From positions 72,325-136,324 of the forward strand of contig NMRA01000809.1 in the NCBI GenBank assembly GCA_002633005.1: 64,000 nucleotides of DNA. The letters run 5' to 3'. Position numbers and translations under genes: made by a program. Of this stretch, positions 54,553 through 64,000 are shown piece by piece. The stretch comes from Phoronis australis. Its lineage: Eukaryota > Animalia > Phoronida. Under the pieces are notes generated by a model. That model ran no database searches. It was not told where the DNA came from and saw only the letters and a list, made by a program, of their open reading frames with translations. Numbering within the stretch: the stretch's first letter is position 1; each line of letters begins with the position of its first letter.

Positions 54553-54702
54553 CTTGTCAATTATGTAAATTGCTGATGTCACTGTAAGCCATTCTCTCGC
54601 ATGAATTCCACCGTCGATGAAAATAATTGGTTTCCGTTTTTTTCTTATTCTGCGATTGTACTCAGTTACCCAGCTGTCCGTTACACCAAGATCCTTACTG
54701 AT
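54553..54702 (-). CDS. M14A carboxypeptidase exon with HARE zinc motif (…KPIIFIDGGIHAREWLTVTSAIYIIDK)
   Basis: GIHAREW = His69/Arg71/Glu72; 150 nt, phase 0/0, canonical splice sites. Confidence 0.93.
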
Positions 54703-55727
54703 CTTAAATTAGAGTTAGAAATAAATACATATTAAAATGTTACATCACTGTGCCATGCTCTGTACTTTCTTCTATAAGTTCACATGCGCAGTCTATTTAG
54801 CGCAACTCTCAACTGGATTTCTGGGATTAAATCTCTTTTAACATCAAACGCTAGTGAAATATAATGATTTTAACTTCGTCAAGGTGCAATCTATTGGATA
54901 GTTCTGACAAGACAACAAAGCTAGTAAGAACACTTACAATAAAAAATATTTATGTCGCTTTTCAGTAATGCACATGAAGATAAAAACAGAGCCGGTGTCT
55001 TTGAAATCCGGAAAATTGCGTGGAAGTAGTGTTTCTCACCAATTTTTGTGCTAAGAAATAATACCGTAGAACACAATCTTCTCGCCGAACTCAACAGTAC
55101 AATGACAAACAACTACGGTGGCTGTTTGACATCAGTACGAATGAAGCTTGCCGTGTATATGGGCTGAAGTAATCTTTGAATCGGCTCAAAGGTTTAGTAT
55201 TGTGGATATACCGCTTAAGTTGCTTCCCCAGAACTCACTATGATGATGCTGCTCTATATGGCATCACCTTCAATGATTATAAATGATCAGAACACATCGT
55301 GAACAATCCGTTGCTGCAGTACTCTTGCAAAGAACTTCCGGTTGTAGGACTTCGTAACAGTAACTAACTATGGTAGGCGTGCCTAATGTACAGTGTATTT
55401 GACCGGTTCCAAGGTTTCTTCATAAAATCGGTCACGTGATATTCCATACCGCTGTAGGATTCTACTTCCGCTAGCTACTCAAGTCACAGGTAATGCGAAC
55501 ATACGCTTTCTTGAATTTGCAAAGTAAGGGTTGGCTAACCTCAATGAACTCTATTTCGAGTCGTTGATGATTTTAACGTTCTAGTTACTAATAACGGAAA
55601 TGGAATCCTACTATTATAGCGAATGCTGTGAGACTGATTTTCTGCCTAATTCAATTTTCTTTTTTTTTCACCAGCTAAGCGGGACGAAATACAGCTTTAA
55701 CTAAACTCCTCAGCGCCATCGCCTTAC

Positions 55728-55829
55728 CTTCATTACCAACTGCCTCCTCCCAAGTTCAGTGTGACCCATCGAGAACACCTGTGTTATCTCAGGGTGAAGT
55801 TTGTGTTCGTGCAACATCCAGTCATAAAC
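55728..55829 (-). CDS. M14A carboxypeptidase exon (VYDWMLHEHKLHPEITQVFSMGHTELGRRQLVMK)
   Basis: Resembles the 'IY.W.....P......IG.S.EGR.L.VLK' start of the CPA/CPB catalytic domain; cag|...AAG|GTAAG. Confidence 0.85.
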
Positions 55830-56105
55830 CTGCATCAGGACCAGGCATGAACAAGTAAACATATTTGAATGATTTGTAAACAAGACAATTCGGCGACCAG
55901 CTTACAGACCTCACCCGAAACGGAAGAAATAACACTAAAGGGTACACTTGGCAGTATCCGTGTGTAAAGCTGTGCTTTTCTTCACATTCTGAAGTGTTGC
56001 TGAAAGTCCGTGACTTACTTTCTAGATTTGTTTGGAAATCAGCTTGCTGTAAAAACTAACAAGACCAGTCCGTTAAAGGACGGAATAGTTTTAATAACAA
56101 AAATT

Positions 56106-56291
56106 ATATCGCAGGGTAATGTATATCGCAGTGTAATGTATATCGCAGTGTAATGCATATCGCAGTGTAATGCATATCGCAGTGTAATGCATATCGCATT
56201 GTAATGTATATCGCAGTGTAATGTATATCGCAGTGTAATGTATATCGCAGTGTAATGTATATCGCAGTGTAATGTATACCGCAGTGTAATG
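56106..56291. repeat. Minisatellite, 17-bp unit atatcgcagtgtaatgy
   Basis: About 11 tandem copies are directly visible. Confidence 0.95.
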
Positions 56292-57695
56292 TCTAAATGT
56301 TGCACACCTTTCAAATACGGCAGTCAAGAAATGGAGTAATTTTACGTTAACATTTCAAAAGTTCTTTCTGAAAACCACTTGACGATTTTTGAATGGTAGT
56401 AATAACGGTTTTAAAGGTATATAGAGCGCCGTTCAGGTGGTATAAGTAATAACATTACCAAGTGTCGAATGTTTTCATATAATTTGCGACAGTCGCAAAA
56501 ATCGTGAGTCATGAAAAAAGGGAAGTTGGGGCTTCTTATTTTCTATGGTTATACTGTGGTCGGAATGGAGCTAATAGATTTTAATTTTACCTTAATAAAC
56601 TGGTTCTTTCTTAGTCTGATCTTACTTTGGTGCTGTCCAGTTCTGACCCGCCAAAGCAGCACTCAAAATAATTTTAAAAACGCACCTCTTTGTAGGTTGG
56701 ATATGTGCCAAGGATGTCGCATTTCTTTTTATGCTTTTTCTTTTTTTTATTCGATTCATCCTCATTCATCATTGAGGCCATTAGGTCCTGGTTAATAGTT
56801 TCACACTTGACGCCGTTTTGCTTGGCCTCCGTCAAAAAGTCCAGAAAATAGTCATCCATAATCATAATGATGCATCGCCGCCCTTGTCTCCATTTTTTCC
56901 ATATATCCATCTGTAACACGAATAATCTTCACATTTCTTATGGTGATAAAAGGGAAAGGCGTAACAATAATAACAGGATTTCACAGTGCTCTTCTGTCTC
57001 AAACTATTACCTCGGTTGGCACTTTCAAACAAAGTTTTACACGTGTCAGCTTGAGTCCAGAGTTCGGCATGCACGTATTTGAATGGAACTTTCGGTTTTT
57101 TATTGAAATTCTATCCCCCACATTGGCGTTCCGTTACGTGCAGGTGGAGCACTGGGGCCTCCTGCTGCACTAATACAAAAAATTAACAGGCATATTCATA
57201 ACGGAATCAATTTCAGACGAGTGCATTAGCAAAACAAGACGTGATGACGAAAATGTGCCAAAATGACAATAATGACGACAATAATGATGCGGTAAAACTA
57301 TCCATCGAGGATAATATTAAATCTCCTGTATATCCCCGACGTGAACTATGCTTCGTCTACAACCAACGCATCTCCTATCGTTCACCGTTGCCTCCAGGTA
57401 GTCCGTTACGACAGCCTTTTTGTTCCCAAATCCTTATTTAGTGTTTGATTGTCCAGCAGTATTCAACTTTTAGTTCTGTGGGTGTCACTGATGTCCTAAG
57501 CAAGTAAGCGAAACGTCTGAACCTTCAACATAGTATATAGTATTGCCGCTAAATATAACATCGTTTGCTAAAGTGCTTGTTATTGGTTTTCTTTTGTTAA
57601 TTTGGTCAAAAGGAGAACTGCCAATGAACCAATTCGTAACGCTTGATTAAGTGCTTATGAATGATAATTAAAAAAATGATGGAACTGCTACTCAC

Positions 57696-57768
57696 CCCTT
57701 CGCTTTCTTTTCTCCTCATAAACATTTCTCCCTGAACGTCAAATGTTTCGCATTTTGCAAGTTTTGCG
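57696..57768 (-). CDS. M14A carboxypeptidase, probable upstream exon (AKLAKCETFDVQGEMFMRRKESEG)
   Basis: tttgtattttag| acceptor and GGG|GTGAGT donor; ends in phase 0, in frame with the next exon. Sequence similarity is weak. Confidence 0.5.
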
Positions 57769-58729
57769 CTAAAATACAAAACCACACGAGCTTAAGACAA
57801 CATTAATACTAAATTCTGCATGAAAATTGAAACATTCCTTCCGAAAAAGCTGCTTGGGTTACCACAGTTGATTACTGTTCCGAGGAAATGAGTTTTCCAG
57901 GGTTGTTAGTATTATAAAACCTGATTTTGTTTGGCAGTAGAAATACAGAAAAAACAGCGCGTTTTCGCCGGTTTATTGACGCTATGAAAACGGAAATAGT
58001 GATCATAGTAAACGCTCACGTCACACAGTTAATAGCACAATAAATAAATCTTCAGTCAAAAGCTGACCTAGACCGTTTGGCGTTATATCATTCTCATCTT
58101 GTTCCTCACTCAGTTTAAAAATGATTTCTAGACTGAGTGTTAGTCCAATGTTTCCTGTTGTTTATTCACACTCGAGGTTATATAAATACACGGCCATTCT
58201 AGGGTATAACTTTCTCAGAAAAAAGGGCACCACAAGAGGGAGGGAAACATGTTCCTTGTTAATGGTATTCACATTGCATGCTCTAGCACGTGACTTTTAT
58301 GAGCAAGCCAAGTTTCCGCCCTGTTTCGTCTCCACACGGCTTCAAATTTGAAAATCTTCAACGCATGTATTAAATCGCGCTTCAATAACTGTCACTCAAC
58401 AGTGTTCAATTGTTGCACTATCAAACTATTAACAACTTGAAGAAATCCAATATCGTGCGCTCAGTTCTCTGTTCAACGTGTATTAGATTACTAAATCAAG
58501 CAAAATTCATTCCTAATTCCTCCCCTAACCAGGTATAAAAACTTATGTATTTAGAAGTTTAAACGAAGAACCATAACGGGACTTTTGTGCTTTTAGCTCA
58601 GTTATTGGGTGTAATGGGCCAACCATGAGGCCTGCGCTCATCTGATGTCCCGGAAATGACATCAGGCCACCTGCACTGTTTTTTTTTTTATTTAAACAGA
58701 TGAACCGTATTGTTCCTTTTCTCTAGGAG

Positions 58730-58972
58730 GCGTTTCAAAATTTAGATCAGATCGACAAACATGGCCTCAGAAGCGACAATTTACTAATTATTCTAAGCTA
58801 TAATACAAAAAATTATGGTTATTCTTTCATTTGCTGCCATTGTTAAGAATCGTCTTCCTAATGATATTAAAATCATAAGAACCCTAAATTGTTTTCACTT
58901 GGCCGCTCATCAATTCTTCATAACTTACTGTCAATGTAACAGGTGCAGCATTCGAAATGTTTTAACAATAAA
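58730..58972 (+). mobile_element. CR1/L2-group LINE 3' fragment
   Basis: Decayed 'H.LR…T..YG..SF…LP.DIK….L..F…C.C..C' terminus followed by AATAAA. Confidence 0.5.
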
Positions 58973-61014
58973 ACGCTACCTCTACACCAGCTAGACTGTG
59001 TCACCTCATTTCGGCTTTGTGAAAGTATATATTATTGTAATGCAATCGTACACATCACAAGAAAACCTATCAGTTGAACATCTTTTTCTAGAGCGGGAGG
59101 ACAGCAGATGCCAGAAATTACTCGTGGTATTACCTCTCAAACATTTAATATAGTACAAATAGGTTATAATAATGTAAACTAAGATGAGATGGGTTGTAAG
59201 AGTTCATAAAATGAGACAGTATAAAATAAAAAATCGTTTCCAGTACACAATTCAGAAAATTGTTGTTGCAAACCTACGTGATAAAGGATGTACGTATCGC
59301 GTTTTTGTAAATATCAGAAATAATGAAGACAGCCTTATAGTTATACTTGACAGTTTTTCTCAAGACATAACGTTTCCACATCATGTTGCGACAAAGGGTT
59401 GTGTGATATCCTGACCATACCCTAGGATCGCTGGAATATCAAACCGAATCAAACTAACGTGTTTGGACTGGAATTATATGAAACAGTTATCAAGATTGAT
59501 AAAGTCAGCACTAGTATTGAAACACTTTTTCTAGACAAAAGTCATATGTTGGATAACATGCTCGGTATATGTTATTGAACAGCGAAGTTTCATATCTCAG
59601 GCATCGTTTTGAGGCAGAAGCCTTGGCAAGAAATATGATCATATGGGTGACATATCCTGATCGAATGTATATTGATTCATTCCTGCAGAGATTAGATATC
59701 CTCTTCAACCTCAAAATCAGTGACTTTCATTTAGAGTACTGGCATATTAACTACTGCATTCGGAACAAGCAGTAGACCCGTTCATCCTATGGCTTGGGCT
59801 GCACTTTGTGTCGGTGTTTTAAACGGAATATATTGCCACCTGGTCGACACTATGTATCGAGTGCGACAATCGGTGGTAACATGATGGCCATTTTACTAGA
59901 AAATCTAATTTTTGCGTAACTTTGTGTGGCCTTTCATTTCACTAATATGCAGCCACGGGGTCTCTTGAATAATTCGGTCCAATGGCCTCAAAAACGCCTT
60001 GTCGCCAGTTAGTTTAGTTAACGCGAAGCCCATGCACTAATGAGAAACGGGCTTCTTCTGGCTACTTTTAAGTTTAAAAATTGACTTTTCAAAATTTTTA
60101 CGGATCAAATTTTCTGTTTATTGTACTTATATTTGTAAATTTGATAAATGTCACCATTCGGGGATTTTTCTTTACTTACTGTATGGAGTGTTAAATATTT
60201 TCCCTGATTATGCTTGGCAATCTTTAAAATTAAAAGCGCTTTTATGTGCCTAATTTGCGAGTTATTTGAAAAGACTTTAATAACGTGGCAAATCTTGAGC
60301 GGCCATTTTGAGACGTTACGATTGTCGATGCTTTTGGAAGTTAAAAACGTCTAGTTTTGCTTAGAGCTTGGGTAGATTTACAAAAAAATTCACACTTATT
60401 GAAATATTCTATGGCCGGAAAACATATCTTAATTTTTTCTTTGCCGTCAAATATCATCTATTCGTAAATGCAAGGAAATTGTTTTAAAACGCGATTTTGA
60501 CTGCTTGTATTTTGGTTGTTTATTGGTAAATCGATTTTTTTACAAATTATTGGTTTAATATTGACTAAGAGAGTCCCAATTATTTTGTTCTGATGTACAC
60601 TACACGCAAACTTTTAGTTCACAGGCGAGATAAACATTGAGACAAGTTCGAAAATAGACGGCTATATTTATATCCATGAAAGTACATGTATTTCACCTTC
60701 TCAATAGAATTATTGTTCTTTTGATGCATTCAACGAAACTTGTTAAAAATATCATAGAGGCGTCATCGTAAACAGCTGCTCGCCTGCTGAAGTTTACATC
60801 AAGAGTGTCTAATGCAGGAACAAAATAATTGCTAGAAAAATGTTTTCCCCAGAAACTTTCACTGCGTTTATTAAGCATACATTGTTTTATATGAGGAGAA
60901 TTTTGCTTTCCAATATATTGCCGGTCGACGGAATTCCCCTGTTCACATAAATTTAGTCATAAGTTTTCTAAACAGAACATTGTTGTGTGATCTTATGACT
61001 GCAAGACATTATCA

Positions 61015-62418
61015 AACGCGAACGTGTTCTTTTGAGAACGTGTGTATTGAACTCATATACGAGTGCATGACACACGTGGATTACATTCGCTCTAACGAGT
61101 TCATAGCTTCATTCCTTCGCCGCCAGGTAAGAACGAGTAAAAATACACTCGTTTGAACGAGTGCATAGCGTCGTTCTTTCGCCGCCAGGTAGACGTAGGC
61201 ACTAATCCCACGAGTGAAATGCATTCGTACCAACGAGTGCAAAGCTTTGTTCTTTCACCGCTAGGTGGACGATGTCACTGAGGAGTAAAATACACTCGTG
61301 TGAAATATGTTTTAGATGGGCCTGGCTTTGAGGCTACATTCATTACAAGGTGGCACTGAACAGTTAGACTGCGGCCACGGCCAATTTGCACTCCCAAAAT
61401 AATAAAATCTAGGGGTAGGCCAGGCTAGGGGGCATTTTCTTAGTTAGGTATTGTATGTAGGCGAAGTGAATTTGGTTTTTTATATTTGTGAACATGCTGA
61501 GAATTAAAAAGGTCACTTTCTTGGCTATAGTTGCACTCTTCTTCAAGATGGTGGCCCTTTGTTGCAGTTGTGCATTGATGGGTAGCAACTGAGAAATTGG
61601 CCGCGATTTCAGGTAGCCCTCAAACAAGCCAGATTTGCAAAAAAACTAGTTAGTTGACAGTAATTTTGGACCACATTTTTGGAATTGGTAAGAAATTTGC
61701 TTTGGAATCTAATGTTGGCTTTAGTCGAGCATCAGCAGTGAAGTGGTCGTTTTGGGGTGAAAAGTACCGATTTTGCATTTTTTTGTCTTTATTTTTCTTA
61801 GTCTAGCTTGGTTTCCACTGGGAGTGAAAGGGTCAAAAATACAAGAGAGAACAAAGTTTCTGTGCTGATCATCTGTAGGGCTTGTGATGGGAAATGAATC
61901 AAAACTTTTCTTTATTTGCATGCAGTTTTTGGCAGAGTGAAGAAAGGGTGAAGAGTCCATTGACGTGTGGTCTGATAGGCAAATCCCTGTGAGAACTGTT
62001 CAGTGCCTTCTTAAATCGCTAAAACTAGTTCTTAGCTTCGTTCCTTCGCCGCCAGGTGAGAAGCGAGTAAAAATACACTCGTATGAACGAGTGCATAGCT
62101 TCGTTCCTTCGCCGCCAAGTCAACTCAGGCACGTGTGAAATGCACTCCTTCGAAATATTATAGTAGGCCTTCACGGTAAAATGTGTGCACATGATTGTTT
62201 TTATGTTATTATTTGTAATGTGACAAAGTCAGTCGAGAGATGACGACAGCAATCTTGTTCATACATAGGAGTGCTGCAATCGTCAGCAAACTGACGATTG
62301 CAGCACTCCTATGTATGAACAAGTGCCCGAGTTCACCTGGCGGCGAAGGAACGAAGCTATGCATTTCATTCGTATGACGTGTGCATTACACACGTTCTCA
62401 AAAGACCACGTTCGCGTT
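61015..62418. mobile_element. Foldback/TIR element with tandem subterminal units (…ccttcgccgccaggt…gagtaaaatacactcg)
   Basis: 61015-61130 is the approximate reverse complement of 62333-62418; the unit repeats at 61085-61300 and 62035-62150. Confidence 0.6.
62254..62323. repeat. Perfect 33-bp-stem hairpin, 4-nt loop (CAAA)
   Basis: cttgttcatacataggagtgctgcaatcgtcag followed by its exact reverse complement. Confidence 0.95.
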
Positions 62419-64000
62419 CCATGTGACATGGCCCGGTCGTGTTGTGTGTCGGCCCTATACTGTAGATTAGTTGATTATCTGACAAAGCGTAAAAATCTGG
62501 CATTCCCAGGCTATCTTCTGCACCCAAGGCATGCAACAAAAATCGTGTCCAACCACCCAGCCATTCGCCATACAAGCAGTCGCCTCCCACCCAACTCCAC
62601 GGAAAGACAGAAGACATCACCCCCTTCGGTTGTACACACACTACTAATGTCTCGTGGGCTCACGCCGACTTTTTGTACTTCTGGACATGATCATTAGAAA
62701 TGTGAAGGGCTGTACAGTGGAAACCCTGAGCTGGCAACGCTCATCCTGCGCAGACGGTAGTTCTGTCTACCCTCGCCATGGTGTCACTTTCTCAGCTTAG
62801 AGAAATTCTGTGTGAAAGCTATAACAATTACACAGTACCCGTTCAGCGTGGTGCACTTCTTCCTACATATTCGTCGGCTTCATATATTGTACCTCCAGAT
62901 CTAGGAATGGTTAGGTGTTGAAATGCCTTCTATGGACCGGGAATGAAAAGCCAGTGCAGGTAACTTACTGCCAATCATTTCCAATCTGTATCCAGCTAAT
63001 CCTCGTATTCCTGGAAGTCGTTTGTTGTGGTCGCAGGCATAGTAACAGTGTCGAAGTTTGAACATAGATTTAAGTTTCGCATGATATGTATCCCAATAGT
63101 ACAAATCGTATTGCAGGGCCTTTAAGCCCATGGGCCTATATCCGAAATAATGCCTTTTTAGTGGCGTTCTCTCGCATATTGGCGCATGTGCTGAAGTTTC
63201 GCATATAAACCCAGACAATTTCCCCTGTATAGACACATACATTATTTCGCAAGTAGGCGCACCCGTGTTGACAAAAGTTCTGCCTAATAAGGGCATTTTT
63301 ACGTTTTGCCTCTGTATCTTTGGAGTTCGGTGGCGTATTTTCAAGAAATTTGGTTAATAGTTTTGTATTACCGTATTGGTACGCCTTTAGGCCCATGAGC
63401 CTGTATCCGAAATGATGCCTTTTTCGCGAACTTTCTTTACTCACGAAGTTCGCATATTGGCGCAGTTCCGCACAGACGCCCATTGCCTAATGGCGCGGCA
63501 ATACAGTGACAGTAAAAAGATTCAAGGCTTATGCCATAAAAAGGATGTTTTAGATACGCACTTTCACTGCTCACTAACATTTATGGAGTAGGGCATGATG
63601 AACCTCCAACACATGACCACGTGACTCTTGCCTTAGTGTTGTGTCACAAGTTGTGTTGACTTAATCAAGCCTTAGAACTATTTTATATGTTTCGTTTGAA
63701 TCTTCCACCGACCCATCTTCCGTCTCAAATCGTTTGTTGTTTTAGACCACTTGCCTTTTTAAACTTGGCGTCAAAGTATTCCTTAGTCGAAACTGGCGCA
63801 ACTTCTGGACTCGGAAAGAAGTTACAATTCCGCCGTCATTGCTCTAGACCACATGCCCAGAATTGTACGATGACACTTAGCTGGACTTTCCTCAATTTCC
63901 AGCTGTTGTTTATGAGCTTTGGTAATAGCGGATTTGCAGCGCAAACGAACTACGCATTGCGCATGTGCGAGTTACTTCCTGCGCGAAGGCTCATGGGATA

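Noticed and set aside
56674-57170. Lys-rich minus-strand ORFs in the carboxypeptidase intron
   Set aside because: No recognisable domain or consistent splice phases; probably a decayed repeat.

Overview
AT-rich, intron-rich animal (eukaryotic) genomic DNA, most likely from a marine invertebrate; a lophotrochozoan such as a mollusc is inferred from the repeat types and protein families. The bacterial-style ORF track is therefore mostly noise, and genes were rebuilt by hand from GT/AG boundaries and codon phase. Four genes are supported: (1) the first coding exon of an SLC9A/NHE Na+/H+ exchanger (minus, 10208-10463; the rest lies left of the window); (2) a complete 5-exon MRPL52 (minus, 15335-23490, 140 aa); (3) a 2-exon secreted protein with a PAN/apple-like domain plus four ~120-aa Trp-bounded repeats (plus, 27956-37010, 617 aa); (4) an M14A zinc carboxypeptidase (minus, at least 8 exons, 47415-57768) that keeps its zinc ligands and Glu270 but has lost Arg127 and Tyr248. 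Introns and intergenic DNA are packed with transposon relics: Kolobok-type elements (THAP transposase and KolX/P2X7-like remnants), Helentron-like HINEs, MITEs, a tRNA-derived SINE, and Penelope, L1/Tx1, CR1/L2 and LOA-like fragments. The most notable find is a complete HDV-like ribozyme fold at the 5' end of a LOA-like retroelement, lying in sense orientation 15 nt inside a carboxypeptidase intron.
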